A DNA stretch of 64,000 nt, taken from the NCBI GenBank assembly GCA_963666485.2, contig CAXXUO010000004.1, positions 160,001 through 224,000 on the forward strand, written 5' to 3'. The DNA comes from Syntrophorhabdaceae bacterium. Lineage in GTDB: Bacteria > Desulfobacterota > Syntrophorhabdia > Syntrophorhabdales > Syntrophorhabdaceae. Within the stretch, counting starts at the first letter, position 1. Every line of letters starts with the position of its first letter. Under the pieces are notes generated by a model. That model ran no database searches and had not been told where the DNA came from. It saw only the letters and a program-made list of their open reading frames with translations. Positions 28,337 to 38,941 of the stretch are shown piece after piece. A program made the translations under genes and the position numbers.

Positions 28337-31300
28337 TCAGGTCATGACCACATCGATCCTGCGCACGGCCGAACTGCGTGCTTGCTATTTCCTCGGGCCT
28401 GGCCGCCCGGTCGAATGTGGCCATGAGGCACGCTAAATATTGTCCCGGTGCCAGGTTTCCTGTCGAAAATGAAAACGTACCGGAACAGGAACCGTCCTCG
28501 GCAAAACACGACCGGGGGGCGTGAGCGTCTGTTTCTTTTCCCTGCCGTCCATCGTGAGAATGGCAACTTCGACCAGCACCCGCCGTGATATCAGCCCCGT
28601 CCACCGGTGATGATCTTATAGTAGACGGTTTCCGGCAGGCCTTGATATATCGGACTTGGCTGTGCCATTATCGTGGCGTCGAGAAGTATCGTTAAGCCAA
28701 TATCAACAGGGGCATCCTTGTTCAACACAGCCGCCGGGCCGGCCTTTTCAACACCTCCCTGCTTTACAGGAGCCCCCGCAGGCGGTACGGCGTCGGGGCT
28801 TTTTCAAAAAATCGTGCTCAACGAAAAACTCCGCGATCGCTTCTGCCAGGTCTTCCTCCCCGTCGGACAGGACAACGCGCGCCCTGTGATACCCGGGAAA
28901 TGCCGATGTGAGGTTGAGCACTATCCCATCTATCCGTTTATCTACGCCTGGCGGGAAGTTAATGCCCCTGCGTGAGGCCTGCTGGATGATGGAACCATCG
29001 GCGTCTTCGATACTGGCCGTCAGCCGGGCGGTTTTCTCGGAATTGCTGACGTTCTTGAAGGGAACACCCGATACTCACGTTGTCGCCCCGCTGTAAATAC
29101 GTCATCGTTGAGATCGATGGAAGAGATGACACGACGAGGGCAGTACGTGGACGTGGCAGGGGCCGAATTCCCTGTGTATGGCGACACCCGCCGGCGTCCG
29201 TGTATGTTATGTGCAACGAATCGCTGATAACGCGTTCTTCCCCCGGGCGGGGGCCGAGCACCGTAACATTGAAGAGCGTATCCTCTTTCTGGCCAACTCT
29301 CAAGCTCTTCAGGTCCCATTCCACGGTGATCGTGTCGCCGTTCTTCTCGAGCCGGGTCCGGTTTCCCGCGTAAAAGATGCCTGGTCCACCATGACGTCGG
29401 GGCCGCCGATCGAGGTTGTGACGCGGACATCCTCCATCGGCTTCACGGGAAAAGGTGAATAATAAACGGGGTGTGGAGAAATACCGGGTAGCTTTGTCGG
29501 CACCCCTGTGCGTCCATATCCAGTTGGCTTCGAGGTCGATCCCGAAGAGGGTCGACCACCGACCCAAGCCCGTTCTTGCCGATCGAAACGGACCGCCCCC
29601 GGGGTGCCCCCAAACCGGTCGAGATATGAACCACCAGTGATCTTCCGAAGTCACGATCTTCTGCGTACCATCCGCAAAATGAAAATTAGGGTCGTTCAGG
29701 GTGAGGTCGCGCGATAAACGCCGGGACCGGTCCCTTCGTATCGACGCACTTTACATGGAGATAGTTGGTAACGCCGGGGACAAGGCAGGCATTGATGCTC
29801 TGGAGTGGATGCCCATCCCTGGCCCTTCCCGACCAGCGTGCCCTCCTCCGATTCGTCCTGGCTGACGTACAGGGAAAATAGATCGTTCGACGTAATATTG
29901 GCCGTAACGGACATCGACGAATAGGAGCATATCTTCACGACCCGGTCCGCATAAGAAGGGGATCATCCAGATGCAGTCACCGTCAAAAACGCCTCCCGTG
30001 AATGCATTCACGCCCTTGTGGAAGCCCTGCGGCCAATCGTGAAGCTCAAAAACCTCACCGGTGTCTTTGTCGATCCTGACGACGCGGTCCGCATTGAGGG
30101 GGACCATCCATAGGGACCGGGCCGTCGAAGGCGCCGCCGGAAAAGGCATATTCGGTCTTTCCCATCTCGGCCGGCCTCGGGTGATGACCGGTCATGCGGC
30201 CGTTTGACGTTGTCCATCCTGACGACCTGTTCCGAATAATACGGGACCATCCATAGGGACCGGCCGTCGAAGACGCCGCCGGAAAAGGCGTATTCCACCA
30301 TCGCGTGCCCTTCGGGCCACTCGTTATAATCTTTTCATTTCAGCCGTCACGGTGTCGAACGCGATCACGCTGTCTGCATTTGCCGGGATCATAAAAACGC
30401 TGCGGCCGTCGAAGGCGCCGCCGGAAAAGGCATGCCCGCCCTTTGCAAAACCTTCGGGCCAATTATTGTAGGCCGTCATATCACCGCTTATGGTGTCGAT
30501 CTTTACAACACTGTCCGCATAAGACGGGACCATAAAGATCGACCGGCCGTCGAAGACGCCGCCGGCGAAGGCCTGCTCGCCTTTCGTAAAACCCTGGGGC
30601 CACGCATTGTACGATGTCATCGCGCCATTCGTTATGTCGATCCGTATGAGGCCCTCGGCATTTCCCGGAATGAGCCAGACATACCGGCCGTCGAAGACGC
30701 CGCCCGAGAACGCCTGGTTGCCCTTGCGGAAACCCTCCGGCCATTGACCGTATGCCGTCATTTCCCCCGTGTTCCTGTCAACCTTGACGACGCTGTGGGC
30801 ATTTGCCGGTACCATCCAGATGTGCCCGCCATCAAAGACTGCGCCGGTGAATGCCTGGTTGCCCTTGCGAAAGCCGGTGGGCCACTGGCCGTAGCCGGTC
30901 ATGAACACACGCTCGGTGAGCGGCTTCGGCGCTATCGCCCCGCTGAAGCCGAACCCGTCCTGGTTGAAGACAGGAGGGGATACCCGGTTCGCTACCAGTT
31001 CATTAACAAACGGTATAAGGGGTCTTCCGTCGACGCATACCAGATCCTCGGACGAAAGCGAGATATATATCTGTGCGCCCTCGGAGACCGCATCTTCGAG
31101 CATCAGTTTAAGGGTCGTGATGTCGGGAATATCGAGAGAAAGGTCCTTTATGACAACGGGACTCCCATCGACTGTCACGGCAAACCGTGATTCATTCCCC
31201 GTCGGGTCCGCCATTGCCTTGTCGCAGGTTATGTATATCGCGTCCCCCACGGTGTTCGTCCGCGCATGCACGATGGACGGGTTGGCCGTGATCCCGACAC

Positions 31301-32777
31301 CCTCGAGGCGGATGCCTACCCGGACGGCCTTGTCGCCGTCGGGGGTAACGATCGAGGGATCGAGGCTCCGTGTCGCGTCGATACGAACGGGAGGGTTGAC
31401 ATGAACGGCCGTCCTTGCCTGTGAAAAAAGGGTGTTTCCTGACCTGACCGCCGCCTCGATGGAATATTGACCGCATTTCTTGAAATTGTACAGTATCGAT
31501 CCCAGCTCCATGACGGTATCCGGCGCAGAAACGGGAAGTTCAAATTTGACCGACTCCCGGTGCACGGTATTGCCGTCGGGGTCTTTCAACACGACGTCAG
31601 CTTTCAGGGGAGCATTCGTGTTCGATCTGTTCTTAAGGGACATCGTAAGCGCAATGCTCCCTTCCTCGTTCGCACTGCAGTACGCCGGGGTTGCCGATAT
31701 GCTCACCTCTTCGATCACGATGGCCGGGGTTATGGAAAAGTTTATTTTCTTCTCATCAAGAATATGGCCTTCGGCGGCATCGGCCACGGATAGGCGCACG
31801 CTGTACGCACCCGCAGGGTACATACCCGTATGCCATGACATGGCGACGGGTTCGAACGCACCGGGGCTGAGGTTCACGGACGGCCCTGTGTCATGCGATG
31901 CAGTGCCCGCGATATACCCTGACGGATCGGCGATCTGGGCGCTCACGACGATACTCCGGTCAAGATCGGACTTATTGTCGATCGTCGAATATATATGAAC
32001 AGTCTCGTTCGGCGGGTATTTCTTCCTGTCGGTATTCACCGATTGAATTGCAACATCCCGGATGGCCGCAGCGGCCGGGGGCTCAGACGCAGTCGAAGCG
32101 CTGGCCTTACGGCGGGAAACGAGGGATATCTTTGTAGGCTGGGACCTTTCACGGGCCGCTCGTTTTGTCGGGGCCGGGGTTTCAGCGGGGGGTGCACCTT
32201 CGCCCCCCTTAACACGCTGCCTGCCCGATACCGGCGGAGGAGCCTCGTTCACCTCATTCCGGGCTTTGTCGTCCTCAGCCGCGGACGGACGGGCAGCCTC
32301 ATCCTCGCGCCCGGGCCCAAAAAGGCTCGAGGCATCCATCGCAAGGATCGTCACATAGAGGTCATCATTCCACGAACCATTATTTAATTGGGAAGATGCG
32401 ATGAAATCGCGGGCCTTATCAAGGGTGTCCGACTGGCCGGGCATTCCGTGAAGGGCATTATAGACAAGGGCGGTATCCTTGACCGTGGAAACCCGGTCGC
32501 CAAATCCCCCGTCTTCGCGGCGCCCCGCCAGGAGGTATGCAACGGCCTTATTCGCGGAGATCCTTTTTCGCGGTGTTTCGGGGCATTGCCTGAGCGATAT
32601 CAGGGCCATCGCCGTCATTGCTATCGTGCTCGCATCGCCTCGTGCGGCGCCCCAGCCTCCGTCACTGTTCTGAAGGGAAAATAAATAGCGGAATGCTTTT
32701 TCGCTCAAAGAAGGACGGTCATCCGGTCCTCCCGGATCCTCTCCCTTTTCAAGATCTCCGTCAAATGCCTTCTTCAA
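28337..32777 (-). pseudogene. Large multidomain protein (~1470 aa reconstructed): prenyltransferase/squalene-cyclase-type repeats, Ig-like domains, SwmB-like domain, 7 x ~47-aa propeller repeats, lectin-like and further Ig-like domains; 3' part broken by frameshifts
   Basis: Intact 817-aa ORF 30324-32777; the repeat WPxGFxKG..AFxGGVFDGRxxWMVP continues across ORF fragments 30008-30301 and 29751-30149; likely end TQFAVRRIDVVMT* at 28337. Confidence 0.7.
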
Positions 32778-32943
32778 TTATTCGACCTTCTTCCGCACCC
32801 GCTTGCGCGTCGGGCCTCACGCTTCCCCGATTTTCTCAAAAGCTCCGTTAAATCAACTGATTATACCCATTCATAAAAAATACTGTCAATACCCGGCCTC
32901 ATGCGGGTGTGCATCGGACCAACCGATATGAACGGGATGTGCC

Positions 32944-33387
32944 CTATTTAGCCGTGTCGATTATCACGGTCACAGGTCCGTCATTGACGAGCGAGACATC
33001 CATGTGCGCCTGGAATACACCGGTCTCAACCCGGGCGACGCGCGTCTTTGCCTTTTCTACGAAGAGATTGAAGAATTCACGGGCCTCCGACGACGGCATG
33101 GCATCGGAGAACGACGGCCTGCGCCCCTTTGAGCAGTCTCCATACAGGGTGAACTGCGATACGACAAGGAGCGCCCCGTTGACGTCGAGCAAAGATTCGT
33201 CGAATTTGCCATCCTCTTTTTCAAAGATCCTGAGATTAACTATCTTGTCGACCAGCCAGTCAATGTTCTCCCCGGTATCACCCTTAGCGATACCGAGCAA
33301 TACGAGAAGGCCCTTGCCTATATGCCCGACACATGAATTATCGACGAAAACAGACGATTCTTTAACCCGCTGCACGACGGCGCGCAT
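32944..33387 (-). CDS. dtd: D-aminoacyl-tRNA deacylase
   Basis: MRAVVQRV, SQFTLYGD..KGRRPSF, NDGPVT. Confidence 0.95.
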   Translation of the reverse strand: MRAVVQRVKESSVFVDNSCVGHIGKGLLVLLGIAKGDTGENIDWLVDKIVNLRIFEKEDGKFDESLLDVNGALLVVSQFTLYGDCSKGRRPSFSDAMPSSEAREFFNLFVEKAKTRVARVETGVFQAHMDVSLVNDGPVTVIIDTAK

Positions 33388-33408
33388 ATCCTAAACCCTC
33401 CATTCCAT

Positions 33409-33434
33409 AAAAAAAGGGCCCGCTTCACGGGCCC
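33409..33434 (-). terminator. Intrinsic terminator after the EF-G paralog
   Basis: Minus strand GGGCCCG-tgaag-CGGGCCC followed by T7. Confidence 0.75.
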
Positions 33435-33459
33435 TCGTGTTATTCCCCACAGGCATTGC

Positions 33460-35556
33460 CTATTTTTCCTGTGCTTCTTTCTCTCGTTTTGCGGCTTCAA
33501 CGATCTTGTCGGCGATCTGTGCCGGCACCTCTTCGTAATGGGAAAATTCCATTGTGAACGTGCCGCGCCCACCGGTCATGGACCTCAGGTCCGGTGCGTA
33601 CCGCAGGACCTCGGCCATGGGAACGACAGCTTTTACCACCTGGTTGCTGCCCTTTGTTTCCACGCCCATTATCTTGCCCCTGCGGGAGTTCATGTCGCCC
33701 ATGATGTCCCCCATGTTTTCATCGGGAACGATCACTTCCATTTTCATGATGGGCTCGAGCAATACCGGCTTGCACTGTTCGAGGCCTTTCTTGAAGCCCA
33801 TCGACGCCGCGATCTTGAACGCCATTTCAGAGGAGTCGACATCGTGGTACGAACCGTCATACAGCATGACCCGGAAATCGATGACCGGATACCCGGCAAG
33901 GATCCCCTGGTTCATGGCCTCGACAATACCTTTCTCCACGGCGGGGATATACTGTCTCGGAATTGCACCGCCGACGATCTTATCGACGAACTCGAAACCT
34001 TCACCGCGGGGCTTCGGTCCCATTTCAAGCCAGGTGTCGCCGTACTGGCCCTTGCCGCCCGACTGTTTCTTGTATTTCCCCTGGATCTTGCAAGACCCCT
34101 TGATGGTTTCCTTGTACGGGACCTTCGGGTCCTTCAATTCAACTTCGACGCCGAACTTGCGCTTCATCCTTTCGACGACGACCTCGATATGTACCTGCCC
34201 CATGCCGGAGAGGAGGAACTCTTTTGTCTGTTCGTCGCGCGAATACTTGATGGTCTGGTCTTCTTCGATGAGCCGTGCGAGAGAGGTATTGAGCTTGTCT
34301 TCGTCTCCCTTGGCCTTCGGCTGAAGCGAGAAGGAAATAACGGGGTTCGCGACCGTTACACCCTCATACCTGATCGGGGCCTTCTCATCACAGAGCGTGT
34401 CGCCCGTCTGGACATCCTTGAGTTTTGCAACAACGGCAATGTCGCCGGCGCCTGCCGCACCCGCGGGTTTCTGTTTCTTTCCCACGAGGTAGAAGATCTG
34501 CCCGATGCGCTCTTTCTCATCCTTGAGCACGTTGAGGGCCGTCATATCCGGATGCACCTCTCCCGAATAGACCCGGAACATCGTCAACTTCCCGGCGAAG
34601 GGATCTGTTATGGTCTTGAAAACGAGGGCACTGAAAGGTTTATCTGCGGACTGCTCCCTGACCATCTTTTCCCCGTTCTTCGGATTTATGCCTTCGATCT
34701 CCTTTTTGAAGGTCGGGGCCGGGAACAGTTTCACGATATTGTCGAGCAGGGTGTTGATGCCGATATTCTTCGCAGCCGACCCGCAAAAGATCGGAACGAT
34801 CTTATTGCCCGCGATCCCGGCGTTAAGGCATTTCTCGATCTCTTCCGGTTTTATCTCGTCACCGTTGAGGTAGCGCTCCATGACCTCGTCGTCCATCTCT
34901 ACTGCTGTCTCGACGAGCTGTTCGCGGTATTTCTGTGCGAGTTCCGCTTCGGCAGCCGGGATATCGACCGTATCGAAGGCCCCGGACACATCGCCCTTAA
35001 AGACATATGCCTTCATCGAAAGGAGATCGACGATCCCCTTGAAATTTTCTTCCTGGCCGATCGGGACCTGTACGGCGAGGCATGTCTTGTCGGTGAAATT
35101 CTTCTTGATGTCTTCGACCGTTCTCGCGAAATCAGCCCGTTCCCTGTCCATCTTGTTGATGAAGATACCGGCGGTCGCGCCGAATTCGTTCGCATATCCC
35201 CAGACCTTTTCGGTCTGGACTTTAACCCCCGATACCGCGCTCACGACAATGATGGCACCGTCAACGACCCTCATGCAGAGCTTGGCGTCGGATATAAAGT
35301 TGTCATCACCCGGGGTATCGAGGAGATTGATCTTGTTCTTGCCCCATTCAAAACAGGCGAGCGACGAACCGATCGTGATCTTCCGTTCCACTTCTTCCGG
35401 CTCGTAATCCATCAGCGACGTCCCGTCGTTGACGCTGCCGAGCCTCGTATTTTCACCCGCCAGAAAGAGCATTGCCTCGACGATAGAGGTCTTCCCTTCA
35501 CCGCCGTGAGAAAAAATCCCAACATTCCTGATCGCATCAGGCTCGTACTTTTTCAT
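33460..35556 (-). CDS. Elongation factor G paralog (EF-G2-like)
   Basis: Full EF-G architecture (NKMDR, GMGQVH, KQSGGKGQYG, DGSYHDVDSSEMAFK) with divergent G1 SHGGEGKT and G3 DTPGDDNF; not in the str operon. Confidence 0.9.
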   Translation of the reverse strand: MKKYEPDAIRNVGIFSHGGEGKTSIVEAMLFLAGENTRLGSVNDGTSLMDYEPEEVERKITIGSSLACFEWGKNKINLLDTPGDDNFISDAKLCMRVVDGAIIVVSAVSGVKVQTEKVWGYANEFGATAGIFINKMDRERADFARTVEDIKKNFTDKTCLAVQVPIGQEENFKGIVDLLSMKAYVFKGDVSGAFDTVDIPAAEAELAQKYREQLVETAVEMDDEVMERYLNGDEIKPEEIEKCLNAGIAGNKIVPIFCGSAAKNIGINTLLDNIVKLFPAPTFKKEIEGINPKNGEKMVREQSADKPFSALVFKTITDPFAGKLTMFRVYSGEVHPDMTALNVLKDEKERIGQIFYLVGKKQKPAGAAGAGDIAVVAKLKDVQTGDTLCDEKAPIRYEGVTVANPVISFSLQPKAKGDEDKLNTSLARLIEEDQTIKYSRDEQTKEFLLSGMGQVHIEVVVERMKRKFGVEVELKDPKVPYKETIKGSCKIQGKYKKQSGGKGQYGDTWLEMGPKPRGEGFEFVDKIVGGAIPRQYIPAVEKGIVEAMNQGILAGYPVIDFRVMLYDGSYHDVDSSEMAFKIAASMGFKKGLEQCKPVLLEPIMKMEVIVPDENMGDIMGDMNSRRGKIMGVETKGSNQVVKAVVPMAEVLRYAPDLRSMTGGRGTFTMEFSHYEEVPAQIADKIVEAAKREKEAQEK

Positions 35557-35741
35557 TCAAAACTCCTTTCGATACCCGTAAAATCGTTTAAAAGTCAGTG
35601 AATTTAACACGATTTTCCGTCAGAAATCAAGCGTAAACCGGAAAGGCATAGCGTCAGGAAGCAAGCGGCATCGCTTGTGTCTTGACTCCCTGATAGTTTT
35701 ATGTTTAAGTAGTAATTTCAAATTAGAACAAGGGATGAAAG

Positions 35742-35876
35742 ATGAAAAGAACATACCAGCCGCATAACAAAAGCAGGAAAAGGACCCACGGGTTCCTCGT
35801 ACGCATGAGAACGGCCTCAGGGCGCGACGTGATAAGGCGCAGGCGGGCGAAGGGACGCAAGAGCCTGTCGGTCTGA
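35742..35876 (+). CDS. rpmH: 50S ribosomal protein L34
   Basis: Manual translation [44 protein letters not shown]; below the ORF-track cutoff. Confidence 0.97.
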   Translation: MKRTYQPHNKSRKRTHGFLVRMRTASGRDVIRRRRAKGRKSLSV

Positions 35877-35940
35877 GGACCCTGAAAGCAGAACATAGTG
35901 CGGCGGCTTGTTACCCGTAAAGCCGCTTAATTTATACCTG

Positions 35941-36291
35941 ATGACCCGCACGTTGACGAAACAAGAAAGGCTCAAAAAGGGGGACTTCCGAGGCGTAAGA
36001 TGGACACGATGCTCAGAGACGGCGCATTTTGTCCTGTTCGCTGCGGTCAACCGGTGCACCATCAGACGATTTGCCGTCACCATACGTAAAAAAACGGGGG
36101 TTGCCGTAGTGCGCAACAGGGTGAAGAGGGTCGTAAAGGAATATTTCCGCCTGCATAAAGAACTCTTCATAGAAGGATCGAATAACCTTATAAGGGTAAA
36201 GGGGCTGCCGGACGAACTGTCGATGAACGCGATGGGACCGGAGCTCGAGGCCCTTCTTGCTGCAGTACCTGCGCACATAAGCATCAGGTAA
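35941..36291 (+). CDS. rnpA: Ribonuclease P protein component
   Basis: [25 protein letters not shown] motif; located after rpmH. Confidence 0.9.
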   Translation: MTRTLTKQERLKKGDFRGVRWTRCSETAHFVLFAAVNRCTIRRFAVTIRKKTGVAVVRNRVKRVVKEYFRLHKELFIEGSNNLIRVKGLPDELSMNAMGPELEALLAAVPAHISIR

Positions 36292-36500
36292 TGAAAAAAA
36301 TCATCATCTTTGCTGTAAAGCTATACAGGGTGACATTCTCCGCTTTTTTGCCGGTCCAGTGCCGGTATTTCCCGACCTGTTCCCAATACATGATCGAAGC
36401 CGTTGAAAAGAAGGGCGCCTTAAGAGGAACGCTCCTCGGCATCAAGCGGATATTAAAATGCAATCCTCTCTTCCCGGGCGGATACGACCCGGTACCTTAA
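36291..36500 (+). CDS. yidD: Membrane protein insertion efficiency factor
   Basis: [24 protein letters not shown]. Confidence 0.95.
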   Translation: MKKIIIFAVKLYRVTFSAFLPVQCRYFPTCSQYMIEAVEKKGALRGTLLGIKRILKCNPLFPGGYDPVP

Positions 36501-36513
36501 CCGGAGGTAACGA

Positions 36514-38103
36514 ATGGATAAACGCACCATTATAGTGCTCGTGCTTACAATGGCAATGCTTTTTGTCTTCCAGACATATTTCATGCCAAAAGAAACGCCC
36601 CAGCAGCCAAAACCGCAGACACAGACCCAGCCGGCGCCTCCGGCCGACACGGCAAAACCCGCTGATAAAGCAGCTCCGCAAAAGGCGACGGGCACAGCAC
36701 CCGGAGGGTCTGCACCTGCCGCGGCATCCACCGAAAAGAAGGCAACGAAAGTTATCACGGTATCGACACCGTACCTCGATGTGGCGCTCACGGACCTTGG
36801 CGGGGGCATCTCGAGTGTCAAACTGAAAAAATACAAGGCCACTGTCAAGGGCCCGGAAGAAAAAGAAATAATCGAGCAGGTCGCACCATACAGCTACAAC
36901 CCGACCGTTTATGAGAACGCCGTACAGGACAAGGTTTACTTCAAGGCGGACAAGGATAAGCTCGTTGTGACCGACTCATCCGCCACCCTGACGATGACAG
37001 GTGATCTTCCGAACGGTACGAAAATCAAAAAGACATATACCTTCTATCCCGATAATTATGTTGTCGGGCTTACCGTCGAAGGGTCAGGTACCCGGCCCGT
37101 GTACGCAGACTTTGCCATCATCAACGACAAGAACGAGTCAAGCTACGTCTTCAAGGGCCCGTTCGTCTACAACGGGAAAAGTTTGAATCAGATCGAAAAG
37201 ATCAAGGAAACTCTTAATTTCAAAGAGGATTACCAGTACGCCGGGTTCGATGAAGGTTTCTTTACCTTCATTTATATCCCCTCGGACGCCAAACCGTGGC
37301 TGTCGATCGGCAAGACGGATACGAACATACCCTACGTCCGCCTCGCATCAGGAACGAACAAGCTGTCCGGCAAGCTCTATTTCGGCCCCAAAAAGAGCGA
37401 CATCCTTGCAAGCCTCAATGTCAAAGCCGAGAAGATCATTGATTTCGGATGGTTCGATGTCATCGCGAAGCCGCTCGTATGGCTTCTCGATTTCTTTAAC
37501 CGCTTCACGCACAACTACGGTATCGACATTATCCTGCTCACCATACTGATCAAGATAATCTTTCACCCGCTCAGCGTGATGAGCTTCAAGAACATGGCGA
37601 AGATGCAGGCGGTCCAGCCCGAGATCAAAAAGCTGCAGGAAAAATACAAGGATGACAAGGCGCGCCTCAACCAGGAGTTAATGGCGATCTATAAATCGCG
37701 CGGCGTCAACCCCATGAGCGGGTGTCTGCCCATGCTCCCCCAGATCCCCGTCTTCTTTGCCCTGTACAAGGCGTTGTCGGGGGCGATCGAACTCAGGCAC
37801 GCACCGTTCCTCTGGTGGATAAACGACCTGTCGGCCCCCGAAGACCTGTGGTCGTTCACGGTCATGGGATACACCCTGCCCATCAGGATCCTTCCGATCA
37901 TCATGGGCGCGACGCAGGTCATCCAGCAGAAGATGACGCCGACGAGCGCCGACCCCATGCAGCAGAAGATGATGATGTTCATGCCTATCGTGTTCACGTT
38001 CATCTTCTGGGGTTTCCCGTCAGGGCTCGTCCTTTACTGGCTCGTCTATAACGTGGCCTCCATAGGCCAGCAATACTACATCAATACGAAGTTGAAGAAA
38101 TAA
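36514..38103 (+). CDS. yidC: Membrane protein insertase YidC
   Basis: DFGWF, NYG, GVNPMSGCLP, QIPVFFALY, ELRHAPF, PSGLVLYW. Confidence 0.95.
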   Translation: MDKRTIIVLVLTMAMLFVFQTYFMPKETPQQPKPQTQTQPAPPADTAKPADKAAPQKATGTAPGGSAPAAASTEKKATKVITVSTPYLDVALTDLGGGISSVKLKKYKATVKGPEEKEIIEQVAPYSYNPTVYENAVQDKVYFKADKDKLVVTDSSATLTMTGDLPNGTKIKKTYTFYPDNYVVGLTVEGSGTRPVYADFAIINDKNESSYVFKGPFVYNGKSLNQIEKIKETLNFKEDYQYAGFDEGFFTFIYIPSDAKPWLSIGKTDTNIPYVRLASGTNKLSGKLYFGPKKSDILASLNVKAEKIIDFGWFDVIAKPLVWLLDFFNRFTHNYGIDIILLTILIKIIFHPLSVMSFKNMAKMQAVQPEIKKLQEKYKDDKARLNQELMAIYKSRGVNPMSGCLPMLPQIPVFFALYKALSGAIELRHAPFLWWINDLSAPEDLWSFTVMGYTLPIRILPIIMGATQVIQQKMTPTSADPMQQKMMMFMPIVFTFIFWGFPSGLVLYWLVYNVASIGQQYYINTKLKK

Positions 38104-38116
38104 GGATGATACACTC

Positions 38117-38941
38117 ATGGAGATACTCGAATTCGAAGGAAAAACATACGAAGAGGCTGTCAAAAAGGCGTGTGTTCAGCTCAACGTTGAAGAAAGGGAA
38201 CTGGATATTGATGTCAAGGAAGTAGATACCAAGGGGATCCTTGGCCTCCTCGGAACAAAGAAGATCCGTATCACCGTAAAGTTGCGGTCGCAGGAGAGCG
38301 CATCCCCCGAACCCCCGGCTCCGGCTCACATTCATGATACCCCGGCTCCGGCTCACATTCATGATACCCCGGCCCCCGGCGCCCCGGCCCGGGTCATCAC
38401 CGACACCTCGGAAGAAACGCCTGAATCCTTCGGCGCGGTCTTCCTCAAGGAGTTCGGCAGGCATGTCGGCCTGGATTTCCAGATAATGGTGACGGATATC
38501 AGCGAAAAGACGGACCGGATACTCTTTCTTATCCAGTGCGATGACGGTGATATCCTTATCGGCAAGGACGGCGAGATACTCGAGGCCATGCAGCACCTTT
38601 TGAGATTGGCGGTCGCCAAAAAATTCAAACATAACCTCAAATTGTTAATAGATATAAATGGTTACAGAGAAAGACGAAAAAAAGCTTTAACAATCATGGC
38701 TAAGAGAATGGCAGATAAGGCAAAAAGGACGGGAAGAAAGATGAAAACGGATCCTCTGAACCCGTATGAACGCCGTATCATTCACACTCTTTTTAAACAT
38801 AATAAAGGGGTTACAACCAAAAGTGAAGGTGACGGCCACATCAAGAAAGTCATCATCACGCCTACCGGCAAACCGTTCGATCGCGGCAACCCCCGTTCCC
38901 AGCGTGGAGGCTTCCGTGGAAATGCCCGCGGAAAGCGCTGA
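38117..38941 (+). CDS. jag: Jag/KhpB (EloR) RNA-binding protein
   Basis: Jag_N FEGKTYEEAV..KGILG, KH LIGKDG, R3H PYERRIIH. Confidence 0.9.
   Translation: MEILEFEGKTYEEAVKKACVQLNVEERELDIDVKEVDTKGILGLLGTKKIRITVKLRSQESASPEPPAPAHIHDTPAPAHIHDTPAPGAPARVITDTSEETPESFGAVFLKEFGRHVGLDFQIMVTDISEKTDRILFLIQCDDGDILIGKDGEILEAMQHLLRLAVAKKFKHNLKLLIDINGYRERRKKALTIMAKRMADKAKRTGRKMKTDPLNPYERRIIHTLFKHNKGVTTKSEGDGHIKKVIITPTGKPFDRGNPRSQRGGFRGNARGKR

Noticed and set aside
29900..30900. Diversity-generating retroelement or programmed frameshifting in the propeller repeats
   Set aside because: No reverse transcriptase; repeat differences are not adenine-specific; breaks are too many and also hit unrelated genes
32280..32720. 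Squalene-hopene cyclase
   Set aside because: Only about three QW-like repeats, no DxDD catalytic motif, and too short for the cyclase barrel
33538..35601. 687-aa + strand ORF
   Set aside because: Antisense shadow of the EF-G gene with no recognisable motifs
35557..35741. oriC upstream of rpmH
   Set aside because: No dnaA and no DnaA-box cluster seen
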